From Prorocentrum cordatum (taxonomy: Eukaryota): a stretch of 64,000 bases of DNA. Positions within the stretch are counted from its first letter, which is position 1, and every line of letters starts with the position of its first letter. Position numbers and translations under genes: made by a program. The stretch covers positions 1-64,000 of the forward strand of contig CAUYUJ010000106.1 in NCBI GenBank assembly GCA_963575745.1, written 5' to 3'. This document shows, one piece after another, positions 37,936-48,024 of this stretch. The notes beneath the pieces were generated by a model, which saw nothing but the letters and a program-made list of their open reading frames with translations, searched no databases and was not told where the DNA came from.

Positions 37936-40900
37936 CTCCCGCACGCAGCGCAAGCGATCAGGTCCCGGAGGCGGGCGCGCGGTGCGCGCGCGGCGACCCG
38001 TAAAGGGTGACGGGGCGCCGCGCCCAAGCCGTGCGGCGCCCTCAGACGACCTCGTCCAACGAGGCCATCTGGACGGCCAGGTGGCCGTAGCAGCGCCGCA
38101 GGCCTGCCTGAGTAAGGCGGGGAGGGGGGGAGGGGGCCGAGAAGCTGCAGGACCTGAACGGGCGCGAGCGGCAAGGAGAATAGAGAAGCGCATTCTCCCG
38201 CACGCAGCGCAAGCGATCAGGTCCCGGAGGCGGGCGCGCGGCGCGCGCGCGGCGACCCGTAAAGGATGACGGGGCGCCGCGCCCAAGCCGTGCGGCGCCC
38301 TCAGACGACCTCGTCCAACGAGGCCATCTGGACGGCCAGGTGGCCGTAGCAGCCATACCCAGGCTCAAAGCCCTTGCGAAGTGACAAGGTTTTGGCGGGC
38401 GGCCGCGAGCAGAAGGGGCCACGCAGTGGGGCCACAGTTCAGAAAGGAAGCGACAAGGAAGTCGCTCGCGCCATCGAAGTAGGTGACACGGGCCCGAGCG
38501 GCATCAGGCAAGGCGGAAAGCATCGCGGCGGAAGCATCGTCGTGCAAGAAGCGCTCCGCGCTAGACGCCTGGCGCCAGCGACTACGCCAGAAGATACGAC
38601 CAATATCTTCTGTGGCCGTATGAAAGTCTGTCGCGCCTGAGCCGCGGGGGCAAGCAGGGGTCAAGTGGAACCCCGCTGGCGTCTCGGCGAGCGGTACGCC
38701 TAACGCCAAAAGTAAATGGTTCCACCGAGTACGGAAGCCGCTTTGACCAAAGGTCGACAGAGGATCGGTGGGACCCAAATGCCGAAAGACCATCTCCAAA
38801 ACCCGAACCACCGCTTTGTCAGAGCACCAGGCGTGCTGTGGCGGGTAAGACATGCTGCTCACTGGATCGGGAATGGTCATCCAAGCGTTGCCTGAGGACT
38901 CAAGGCAATCCGAAGGCAACAAAAGGTCACAGCGACGGGCTGACAGCAGCTCGTCGGGCTTCAAGGACATCGTGAACCCTGCCAGCAGCAAGGCGGCCAT
39001 GACTGGCCAGTCCCAAGTGAAACAAACTGCCACCATAGCGCGCAAGAGCGCTCGTGGCATTGGCGGCCGAAGGCGAGGTGGCTGAGACCGCTTCCAGGCC
39101 CTCGCCACTCCCCACGCCTCGGTGAGAAAGGGCTTCCAATGAGGGAGACGTGCCTGGACGCCTATGATCGCGTGCACCAGGATGTTGAGCGGGAAACCTG
39201 CGTCGTGCAGCCACACGCCGAACGTTGCGAGGAACCTCGACAGCAGGATCCCACTACGATACAGCGGAAGTGGCGCCACCCCTGCGTCCTCGGCGCACCA
39301 CAATTCGAACGCGTAGAGAGCTCTTTTGCGCCGATCGCCGGCCGAAGTCAGAACAGCGCCTGACCAGGGAGCGCTGGGAGGCTCCGTCTCTGCCGCCCTG
39401 CGGCGGCGGCGGCGCGCGGGGTGGGGGACTCGCCGAGGCCAGGCAAGGGTGGCACTCTCGTCGCGATGCCGCGCCGGCTCAGCCTCGCTGTGCAAGCCCG
39501 TACCAACCCTGGCCTCCGCCTCGGCGGCGCTGTCCACCTCCGCGAGGGCAGTTGGCGCTGCCACAGGCGAGGGCGAGTACGCCGCCGCCTCAGGGAATCC
39601 AGCGGAGGCGGCCTCTCTGACGCAATCAGCAAGACGAGAGCGGGCGATGCGCATCGCATCCTTGCGCCGCTCGAGCTCGGCTAAGAGCGTCTGCATTCGC
39701 TTCGCCAGCTCTCCCGCGCTCTCGCCAGTCTCTTCGCCTGTTCCCAGCATAACCTCGGTGAGAGCGGCCTCGGCAGCGGCGACCGAGGATAGGAATCGCG
39801 CGCGAGCGCGCCGGTCGGCACGCGCGCGCCGCGCAACCGCGGCCGCTGGGCCAGCGACTCGGCTGGTGCGCATCGCAACCGAGGTAGCGCACGCCCCGTC
39901 TTGGGGCAGGCCTCGAGCCGCGCGCGCAGAGGGCTCCAAGGAGTCGAGAAGGTGTGGCGCAGCCGCCAACGCGTCTGAGCCCTTCTCGTGCGCGGCTCCG
40001 CTAGGTTGGGGGAGATCCGCGCTATCAACGGGCGAGTCCACCGACAGAAGTGCGGCGCGAGGCGCGGCCGCGGGGCCAAGAGACCTCGGACTGGCCCCGG
40101 CACGGGGTGCGGCCTCAAGCATGGCGAAGGAGGCGGCGGCGGGCCCCGAGGCCGCGGGTATGCGCGCAAGCGCGTTCGGCCGCAATCGATCCGCAGGAAC
40201 CCGCATGGGTGCACCGTCGACGCGTAATGCTGGTGGCGCACTGGCGGCGCGAGCAGGAGGGCCCATGCTGATCCTGGCGCCCCGCGCCGAGAATGCGCCA
40301 ACCGGCAAGCTCCCGGAGCTCGCCGAGCCGGTGACCGTGGGCGGGTCGCGAGCTCCGGAAGCGAGGTCGCAAGCGGGGTCGCTGCCGGAGCCGCGCGGCG
40401 GCGGAGCGGCCGCGAAGCGGGCGGCTGGGCCAGCCGAGCGGGTGCTCGCGCGAGCGCCCCGCGGCGGCGGTGCGCGGCGAGAGCCCCGCGGCGACGCCAC
40501 TGGCGGCGCGTCCTGCGAGTCCGACTGGCGTCGCGGGGCGCGGTCGGAAAAAGTATGCGGAACGCGGGCGCCGTCCCCCGGCGCAAGCGGCGCGTCGCGC
40601 CACTTCGAGGTGCTGCCGAGCCGGGCGCTGCTGGAGGGGGCACCGGGCGCGCCTGCTCCAAGGCCCGGGCTCCAGGAGCGCGAAGGCAAAGGCTCACGCC
40701 CCTCGTCCGCCGACGCGGCGGCGCGATGGCGCGCGCAAGGCTGGCCCCACAGCGCGAAATTGGCAGTGCGCCTGGCCCTACGACCCGGGGGCGGCGCGGC
40801 CGCGCCAGGCGCCGAGAGCAGCGCCGCGGGCGCGCGAGCAGCGCGCGCACGACGGGGGCGCTCAGCGCGAACCGTTTCCGCTGGACGAGCTGGCCGATGG

Positions 40901-43900
40901 CGCCTTCCGCGCGAAGAGCAGGGCGCCGAGGGAGTCCCAGAGGCGGAGGCCCCGAAATCCGGCCGTGCTCCGCCCAGCTCGGGCTGCAAGCACTGGCAGG
41001 CGCCGGCGGCGCGCCCGTCTGGCCACGGCCGCGCTCTTGCATATAGGCGCGGGCCCGCACGAACGCCTCCGCGGCAAGTCCCGTGCTCCCGTTCCTGGCA
41101 AGGTAGGGTTCCCGCTCCCGGCTGGCAACGAGAAGCCTCGCCAAGCAGGAGCGACTTCGCGTCGCAGAACCTGGGCCAGAGGGGAGAGGCGTCCGCGCGG
41201 TCCGATGCGGACAATGGGCGATGGCGCGCCCTGTCCGGGCGGTGCGGCGTGGCCAACCGCCGGAACTGGCGTTCCATGGCCGACCGGTCGGCACCCGGTT
41301 TGAGCTGAAGGAGCTCGCGCGCCGTCCGCACCTTTGCAACCTTGGCGGGTCGCTTGGGATCGGTCCGGGCGGCGAGCCTCGGCCTGGCCGCCGAAAGCTG
41401 GGCGGGCGCGCCGGGCGGGCCAGCGGCAACGGGGGCCGCACCCGGCCTGAAGGGCGCTTCGAAAGGCGACGCGCCCTGGGAGGCTTCATGGGGAAGCGCG
41501 GAGAGCTCAGCGGCACCTTCGGCGCTCCTTCCCCCGAGGCATCCGCCGCCCACCGCGGGAGAGGCGTTCCGCCTAGGAATCTCTGGAGCCTCGGCTTGCG
41601 CTGGGTCGGGCTGCGGAAGCGTGCCGGGAGCTTCGAGAAAAACCGGCGCCTCGACCCCAGTTGCGGCGGCCGCGCTTGCAAACCATGCGTCGGCCGCGGG
41701 GGCGGGCGAGAGAGGGGGACGTGCCGCCAGACCATGGGCGGCCCGGGCATTCCCCCGCGCAAGGAGCCCCTGTGCTAGGACTAGCGCGGCGAGCCGTCCC
41801 CATAGGCAAGTGGGGTAGGGAGAATGCGCGTCAGCAAGTGCGACCCAATCGAACCTACCGAAATCGCCCGCCTCAGCGTCGACCAGCCACGCAGGAGCCT
41901 CCCTGGAGGGGGGGCGCACAGGCCGATTCCTGGTGGGGTCATCCGCCCTGTGGACGTCGGTGGGCACATAGAGGCCACCCATGTATAAGCCACCGCTCAA
42001 GATGTAAGGCAAAGCCGTGCTGAGGACATGGGAAAGCCCTGGAGAGCTGCTGCGACCGTGGGCGGCCGCGCCCAAGGCGACCTTAGAATCGAGCAGCACA
42101 GGGATCCGAGAGTCCGGCATGCGAACGCAGCAGTACTTGCACAGACTCTTGAAAACAGTGGCCTCCAGGATGTTGATGTGACGCGGCATTCGAAATTCCC
42201 ATTTATAGGCCAGGCGGAAGTGCAGCGCTTCCGACAGTTCGCTTATCCAGTGCGGCGCGACTGGGGGCTCAATGGAAGGGAGCCCCAAATCGCGATGCAG
42301 CTGGGTGAGCTCGGGGCCTAATGGGACTCCCCGGTCCAGCACGGCAAGCAAACTTCGGTTGTGGAGGACCGTGTGCCACCCTCCGTGCTCAGACCGGCGC
42401 CACAACTCTTGGGAGAGATGTGGACTGATCGAGGAGCGGACCACTCCCCCCCAGCCGAGGGAGGCGTCCGTGCCGAACACTTCGGGGGAGTAGCCCGCGC
42501 GAAGGTCGGTAATGGCGACAAAGGCCAGGTAAGTGCAGGCTAGCAGCTCGTCGCGAACGGAGACGGGGAGCTCGTATTCGAACCTATCTTCCGTCGACAA
42601 CGACGACAGGAAGTTGTAGACGTGCGTGAAAATCGACAGCATGGGCCTGCGAAAGAGAAACACTTGCACCCAACATCCGACGAGCGACGCTAGCACCGCG
42701 CGGGTCGAATGACCGAGGTACACTTGGATGAGGGTTAGCCGGCACAGGGCCACGGTGCGCACAGGAGGCGCGCACACGATGCCTATCCGACCCTCCACCT
42801 CGGCACCGACCACGACCTTATGAGTCGCGCCACGGGTCCGCTTACCAGGGTGCTGGACCAGCCCCACGCGAGGGTAGCCGCGGTCGCACGCAGCAAACAC
42901 CTCCTTATCACGACGATTTGGGTCGTCGGGGCGGGGAGCTAGGCCATTCCAGGACAGCTTCTGGAAGCCCGTGTGATCGTCGATGTTCAACATCTCGACG
43001 AAATGGCCACGCGGAAACGGAGTCCTGTGCACAGCTTGCTCATGGGGGCGAAGAGCCCCGAAGCTGCGAAGGACACCCTCGTGCGCAGAGTTTGCGATTT
43101 CCACGGCCATGTTGTCGCCCATAGCCAGCGCGTTCAAGCACGGGGAAACATCCACGCCCTCGAGGTCAGGGCGCCACGCATTGAATGCCTTGAACCGCGC
43201 ACTGGGCAGCCGCACGCGGAGGGCATTGCGCTTCGCTCGAGCTGGTGGCACCTTAAAGGTGTAATAGAACTCGCGTAAGTCATCGCATGACACCACCAAC
43301 CACTCGCCTGCAGCGAGACCCATGCGGCAGAGCAGGAAACCCTGCCCAAGGCGCTGAGTGCTGGAAGAAATGCTCTGACAGCGACTGTTCACCACCGTGG
43401 GATTAAGAATCAGCCGATCGTACTCGCTGTCCTTGGGGACCCTGAACGCTCCGCAAGCCTCATCCCAAGCCAGGTCTGAGGTGGGAGTCAAGTACAGGGC
43501 GCCGCAGGAGTCCCACTTCCGAAGAAGCTCCCACAGCTGATCACGGTCCATGTGGACGCGGGCCCCCGGGAGGCCCGATGGCCACTCGGCCGACGGAAGA
43601 CGCATGGTTTCGGGGTCGTGAAAAGCTTTGCGGACCCGCGCGTCGGCGAGGAAGGGAGTGGGATCAAACGTCGGAGAATAATCCCACTTGATGCGGGACG
43701 CCCTGACTCGGAGGTCGAAGGGCTCAGACTGGGTGGAGTCCCAGCCTGCCGCTGAAGCCAACGATCCAGGCACAGGAGGCGCGCTGGACGGGCATTGCCG
43801 CATGGGGGCGGGCACCTGGGAAGAGGAGGTGAAGGAAGCCTCGATAGCTGCAACATGGGTGGCCAGGCCATGGAGCGAGACTTCAGTGGCGTCGAACTTG

Positions 43901-46900
43901 GAGAAAGCCCGACCTAAGTCGCTCTTGCCGCCGCGGGCAAGGCGAACTGCGATCCGACACAACCGCTCGAGGCGGTCGCGAGTACCCTCCTGGCAGGGCG
44001 TGGCCGCTGTGCACACATGGGCCTCGATGGGAGCGAGGCTGGGATGGCCCAAGGTGAGCCAGTTTAGCGCAACAACGGCGTGCTGTGCTAAGGTGCGCGC
44101 TGCGCGCCTCAAGCGCCACCGCTCGCGCGCGCGACCCGTCAAGGTTACAGGAGGCGGCGGCAGAGAAGGCGCTGGAGGGCACGGCCAAGGATCGCGGGGA
44201 GGCGGCTCCAACACGTACGAGCCGTCCCGGGCCGACGCGCTGAGGGAGGTGCGGGTGAAAGACGACAGAGAACAACGAGCACCCATCCCAACCTGAGCTA
44301 AAGCAGCAGCCCAATGGGTGATATCGATGTTCGCGCCAGGAAACAGGCGCAGCAAGGCAGAAAGGTCAGCGACAAAGGGCGCGACCTTGGGAAAGGAAGG
44401 CGTGGTGCCGGTAGGTGCAGACGGCCTCGAATCCCCCGCGGACAAGTCAACGCGAGAGGCTTCGGAACTGGCAGCGGCCCCTGAGGACAGGTCAACTCGA
44501 GGGGCCGGTGGCACGGTAGCGACCCCGGAGGACGAGTCGACTCGAGGGGGGTTCCCACTGGCAACAGAACCGATGGAAGCGACGGGCGGTGCGCCTGAGT
44601 CCCCGTCGGAAGGGGCTTCGGCAGCACGGTGAAAATTGCCAAAATGGCCACTCGGCCCTGAAGGGGAGCCAGGGGTAGAGCGAGAGTCGCGACAGCGGCA
44701 CGAACTCCTCCCTGCGGGGCCGCAACAGCATCGCTGGAGGAGCGCGTGCCTACTCTCACGGCCTCGCTCAGCCCAGGCACGCCTGGCAGCAGCAGCGTCG
44801 TCGCTTACAGCGACTCGCCGCTGCGTGAACCCTCGGCCGGTGCACGCAGCTCGCGTGCGTCCACCCCTGTGGTGGGATGCGCCGCCGTGGAGGGCGGCTC
44901 CGCCGGCGGCCTGGGAGCCGGCGGAACGGGCGCGGCAAGGGCCTGCCGCCACCCGCACCAGGTCACGCGACACGGGGGGGGCTTGATCCCCGTGAGGAAC
45001 CATGCGGTTCCGAGGTAGCCGCGGCCCCCCACCAGCTGGACGATGAACATGCACCGCTGCAGCGCCTCCCGCTGGCAGATGAAAGCCAGATCGAGAGCCC
45101 TCTGGGGCGCCTCGGCAGGCAGCCCCAGTGCGTCCCCTGCGACCCCCTCGGCGGAGCCGGCGACCGCAGCGGGGTCGGCCCGCCCAAGTGGCGGGGGGAC
45201 GCGCGCGGGAGGGGCAGGCGGGAGCGCCTGCGGAGGGGCGTTCGACCGAGCCTTCCCCCACGCTGAGACGAGCGCCGAAGCTGGGGTCCCAGCGCGCAGC
45301 TGGACGCGATGAGGTGGCGCAGGTGCCCTGGCCAACGTGGCCGCGATCCCGAATGGCTGAAAACCCAGACGAACCGCCACGTCGGCGAAGGGCTGGAGCG
45401 CCTCTAGCCTCGCGGAGGGCGCCCCCAGAGCGACGCGAGGCACACGGCCGTGACGGCGGCTCCAGCCCTGGTGGGGGCAGGAAGCCTGGAAGACACGGCG
45501 AAGTGGCCATAGGACAGCTTTGCGGCGGCGTGCCCAAATCGCGAGCTGCGGCGGGGGCTGAGGGATCGGTGCGACCCGTGCTCTGTGGCGCCGAAGCAGC
45601 GGCGCCCGGCAGGCAGGTACCAGCTACCCCGAAACCATCTGCAGCAGCAGCAGAAACATGTCGCGTAGCGCCTGACAACAAGGGGGCCGACACTGGCAGG
45701 GACGCGGGGTCCGTCGACGCCGAGGTTGGATTCCCGAGTAGCCCGAGCGAGTGCAAGATGGCGTGGGCGCTCGCACGGGAGGCACTGACCGCAAGCGGCT
45801 CCCTTGGAGGCAGGGGTGAGGCCCCTAGGCAGGGGATCGCCGACTGCCCACTTCCGCTGTCAGGAAAAGGAAACCCAACCGCGGCGTCGGTCGCGCAACG
45901 GTTGTGCGGCGGCGGCACCCGAGCGCCCGCCTCCAGGCTAGCGAGGCAGGGAGATGGCCCCACCTGCCAGACCGCAGGGCCCGACAGCGCCTCAAACCCA
46001 GGTGGCGGGTGGAAGGGCAACACTGTCGAAGCGCCCCCTGGCGTAATCGCTGGCGCTAGTGCCGGCGGAAGCGCAGGCGTCGGTGCTGCCGCCGTCTGTG
46101 CTGGCGTCAGGGCTGGCGTCGGCGCTGGCCTCGGTGCTGGCGTAGGCGCTGGCGCTGGTGCCGGCGTAAGCGCAAGCGTCGGTGCTGACGCCGCCAGGTG
46201 CTGGCGTTGATGCTGACGTCGGTGCGGCGCTGGCGCTGGTGCTGGTGTAAGCGCACGCGTCGGTGCTGCCGCTGTCCGTGCTGGCGCTCGTGCAGGCATC
46301 GGTGCCGGCCTCGGCGCAGGAGGAGGCGCTGGCGCTGGTGCCGGCGTAAGCGCAGGCGTTGGTGCTGCCGCCGGCAGTGCTGGTGTTCGTGCATCAAAGC
46401 CAGGCGGTGGGCCCATCCGCCAAGCACGCGGCTGTAACGGCGACTCCAACCCAGGGGGGGGCCGGAAGCTGGCGCGAGTCGGCGAGGCGGCTCTGGGACT
46501 GCTCCGCGGTGGCCCTGTGCGCTCGGCACGCGTCTGTGACGGCGGCTCCAACCCTGAAGGGAGCTGGAGTCCCGAAAGCGAGGGCAAAGCTGCCTTGGGA
46601 CCGTCTCGCGGCGGGGTGCTAAGCTGGTTAACTGCGGTGGCGGCTGGGGGAGCGGTACGAACCCCTCCCTGCGGGGCCGCAACAGCATCGCTGGAGGAGC
46701 GCATACCCACCCCCTCCAAACCGCCAGAATCCACAGCGTCCGCCGCTACAGTAGGCGGGGGAGGCACCGCGCGCGACAGCTCGTGGGTGATTGCCAAACG
46801 AACAGAGCTCCCGCCCCGCCTGGTTTCGACAACCGACGGCTCCGACCCTGGAGGGGGCCGAAAACCCGCGGGAGCGGGCGAGGCGGCCAGAAAACTTGCT

Positions 46901-48024
46901 CGCGGCGGGCGGCCAGACTGGTGAGCCAGGCCGACGGTTGAGTGGGCGGCACGACCCCTCCCCTGCGGGGCCGTAGCAGCATCGCTGGAAGGGCGCATGC
47001 CAACCCCCTCAAATCCGCTGGGTCCCGATCCGCCCGAAGGGCCCTGGGCGCGCGCGCGCCTGTCGTTGCCCACGCGAGGGAAACGACGCCGCGAACGGCA
47101 GCTGAGCCATGGCGAAGCGGCGACTGGAGGGGGAGGAGTAGAGGGGGAGTGGAGAAAGAGAGGGTCCACCGACTCCGACTCCTCCGTCCTGGACGCCGTT
47201 ATCTTCGCGCCGGTGGCCTCTCCGCCTGTTGCCGGGCGGGCGGTGTTCCGAGAGGCGGCGGCGACACTCGTGGCGCGAGCAATAGACCGTTCGGCGGCGG
47301 GCGGGCTCGACCCTTGAGTGGCGCCGGCAACGGGCGTAGCGCGAGCACTCTTCTTCCGGGCCGATGGCGCGGCCTCCTCGTGATGCGAGGGAACTCCACC
47401 TCCTACTCCTCTCCTCAGATGGGCGTCCGCTCCGGGGTCCAAGGGGAAGAGGCAAGAGGAAGGAGGGGAGTTTTGTAGCGGCGAAAGGGAGGCAGGCGCC
47501 ATCGGATGCCGAGCCTGCGGGACGGGGCTCAGAAGCCAGCGTCACACGAGCAGCAGCTGCGGCAGGCGCGGGAGGAACCCGCGAGCAGGTCAGACGCCTG
47601 CCTGGACGGCCTGGCTGGGGCCACGCCCAGATGACACGGGCGCGCACTGCCAGGGGGGCAGCGGCGCCCGAGCGGAGAGTGTGCACACTCGCCGCTGCCG
47701 GGTGCCCACAGGAGGCAGCCGGCCCACCCCCACCCGAGCTCTGACTGGCGGGGTGAAAGAGCGACCCCGAACCAGCCAGATCACGGAGGAAGCGTTGGGA
47801 CCCCTGCCTGCGGCAGTGGCCCAAAGCAGCTCGTAGCCCAGCAAGTAGAACACCGCCGCGTAGGTGAAGAGGAACCTGCGCGGCGGTGGCAACCGCAAGC
47901 CCCCTGGCGCCCTGGCCGCGCGCGCGCGCGGCGGGGGGAGCGGGGGGCGAGAAGAGCAAGCTTGGGGCCGAGAAGCTGCAGGACCTGAACGGGCGCGAGC
48001 GGCAAGGAGAATAGAGAAGCGCAT
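37933..48024 (-). mobile_element. Full-length tyrosine-recombinase retrotransposon with split direct repeats (PAT/Ngaro-like A1-ORF-B1-A2-B2)
   Basis: 61-bp repeat at 47964-48024 and 38133-38193; 162-bp repeat at 38192-38353 and 37933-38094; the host repeat gttgataat|ccctctgg is split around the inserted block. Confidence 0.92.
38365..47502 (-). CDS. Retrotransposon polyprotein, 3045 aa: low-complexity N-terminus, reverse transcriptase (~43560-42780), RNase H (~42490-41930), J-domain-like segment, tyrosine-recombinase-like domain (~39350-38540)
   Basis: RT: GAFRVPKD..DRLILNP, DDLREFYY, LAMGD, NIDD; RNase H: TDAS, HINILE, LLDSKV, ADDPTR; YR-like: LKPDEL..RRCDL, PRGSGAT, RSRW. Confidence 0.9.
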   Translation of the reverse strand: MAPASLSPLQNSPPSSCLFPLDPGADAHLRRGVGGGVPSHHEEAAPSARKKSARATPVAGATQGSSPPAAERSIARATSVAAASRNTARPATGGEATGAKITASRTEESESVDPLFLHSPSTPPPPVAASPWLSCRSRRRFPRVGNDRRARAQGPSGGSGPSGFEGVGMRPSSDAATAPQGRGRAAHSTVGLAHQSGRPPRASFLAASPAPAGFRPPPGSEPSVVETRRGGSSVRLAITHELSRAVPPPPTVAADAVDSGGLEGVGMRSSSDAVAAPQGGVRTAPPAATAVNQLSTPPRDGPKAALPSLSGLQLPSGLEPPSQTRAERTGPPRSSPRAASPTRASFRPPPGLESPLQPRAWRMGPPPGFDARTPALPAAAPTPALTPAPAPAPPPAPRPAPMPARAPARTAAAPTRALTPAPAPAPHRRQHQRQHLAASAPTLALTPAPAPAPTPAPRPAPTPALTPAQTAAAPTPALPPALAPAITPGGASTVLPFHPPPGFEALSGPAVWQVGPSPCLASLEAGARVPPPHNRCATDAAVGFPFPDSGSGQSAIPCLGASPLPPREPLAVSASRASAHAILHSLGLLGNPTSASTDPASLPVSAPLLSGATRHVSAAAADGFGVAGTCLPGAAASAPQSTGRTDPSAPAAARDLGTPPQSCPMATSPCLPGFLPPPGLEPPSRPCASRRSGGALREARGAPALRRRGGSSGFSAIRDRGHVGQGTCATSSRPAARWDPSFGARLSVGEGSVERPSAGAPACPSRARPPATWAGRPRCGRRLRRGGRRGRTGAACRGAPEGSRSGFHLPAGGAAAVHVHRPAGGGPRLPRNRMVPHGDQAPPVSRDLVRVAAGPCRARSAGSQAAGGAALHGGASHHRGGRTRAACTGRGFTQRRVAVSDDAAAARRAWAERGRESRHALLQRCCCGPAGRSSCRCRDSRSTPGSPSGPSGHFGNFHRAAEAPSDGDSGAPPVASIGSVASGNPPRVDSSSGVATVPPAPRVDLSSGAAASSEASRVDLSAGDSRPSAPTGTTPSFPKVAPFVADLSALLRLFPGANIDITHWAAALAQVGMGARCSLSSFTRTSLSASARDGSYVLEPPPRDPWPCPPAPSLPPPPVTLTGRARERWRLRRAARTLAQHAVVALNWLTLGHPSLAPIEAHVCTAATPCQEGTRDRLERLCRIAVRLARGGKSDLGRAFSKFDATEVSLHGLATHVAAIEASFTSSSQVPAPMRQCPSSAPPVPGSLASAAGWDSTQSEPFDLRVRASRIKWDYSPTFDPTPFLADARVRKAFHDPETMRLPSAEWPSGLPGARVHMDRDQLWELLRKWDSCGALYLTPTSDLAWDEACGAFRVPKDSEYDRLILNPTVVNSRCQSISSSTQRLGQGFLLCRMGLAAGEWLVVSCDDLREFYYTFKVPPARAKRNALRVRLPSARFKAFNAWRPDLEGVDVSPCLNALAMGDNMAVEIANSAHEGVLRSFGALRPHEQAVHRTPFPRGHFVEMLNIDDHTGFQKLSWNGLAPRPDDPNRRDKEVFAACDRGYPRVGLVQHPGKRTRGATHKVVVGAEVEGRIGIVCAPPVRTVALCRLTLIQVYLGHSTRAVLASLVGCWVQVFLFRRPMLSIFTHVYNFLSSLSTEDRFEYELPVSVRDELLACTYLAFVAITDLRAGYSPEVFGTDASLGWGGVVRSSISPHLSQELWRRSEHGGWHTVLHNRSLLAVLDRGVPLGPELTQLHRDLGLPSIEPPVAPHWISELSEALHFRLAYKWEFRMPRHINILEATVFKSLCKYCCVRMPDSRIPVLLDSKVALGAAAHGRSSSPGLSHVLSTALPYILSGGLYMGGLYVPTDVHRADDPTRNRPVRPPSREAPAWLVDAEAGDFGRFDWVALADAHSPYPTCLWGRLAALVLAQGLLARGNARAAHGLAARPPLSPAPAADAWFASAAAATGVEAPVFLEAPGTLPQPDPAQAEAPEIPRRNASPAVGGGCLGGRSAEGAAELSALPHEASQGASPFEAPFRPGAAPVAAGPPGAPAQLSAARPRLAARTDPKRPAKVAKVRTARELLQLKPGADRSAMERQFRRLATPHRPDRARHRPLSASDRADASPLWPRFCDAKSLLLGEASRCQPGAGTLPCQEREHGTCRGGVRAGPRLYARARPWPDGRAAGACQCLQPELGGARPDFGASASGTPSAPCSSRGRRHRPARPAETVRAERPRRARAARAPAALLSAPGAAAPPPGRRARRTANFALWGQPCARHRAAASADEGREPLPSRSWSPGLGAGAPGAPSSSARLGSTSKWRDAPLAPGDGARVPHTFSDRAPRRQSDSQDAPPVASPRGSRRAPPPRGARASTRSAGPAARFAAAPPPRGSGSDPACDLASGARDPPTVTGSASSGSLPVGAFSARGARISMGPPARAASAPPALRVDGAPMRVPADRLRPNALARIPAASGPAAASFAMLEAAPRAGASPRSLGPAAAPRAALLSVDSPVDSADLPQPSGAAHEKGSDALAAAPHLLDSLEPSARAARGLPQDGACATSVAMRTSRVAGPAAAVARRARADRRARARFLSSVAAAEAALTEVMLGTGEETGESAGELAKRMQTLLAELERRKDAMRIARSRLADCVREAASAGFPEAAAYSPSPVAAPTALAEVDSAAEAEARVGTGLHSEAEPARHRDESATLAWPRRVPHPARRRRRRAAETEPPSAPWSGAVLTSAGDRRKRALYAFELWCAEDAGVAPLPLYRSGILLSRFLATFGVWLHDAGFPLNILVHAIIGVQARLPHWKPFLTEAWGVARAWKRSQPPRLRPPMPRALLRAMVAVCFTWDWPVMAALLLAGFTMSLKPDELLSARRCDLLLPSDCLESSGNAWMTIPDPVSSMSYPPQHAWCSDKAVVRVLEMVFRHLGPTDPLSTFGQSGFRTRWNHLLLALGVPLAETPAGFHLTPACPRGSGATDFHTATEDIGRIFWRSRWRQASSAERFLHDDASAAMLSALPDAARARVTYFDGASDFLVASFLNCGPTAWPLLLAAARQNLVTSQGL

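Noticed and set aside
39326..41762. 660-aa antisense and 693-aa alternative-frame ORFs inside the retrotransposon
   Set aside because: No recognisable motifs; expected by chance in very GC-rich sequence.
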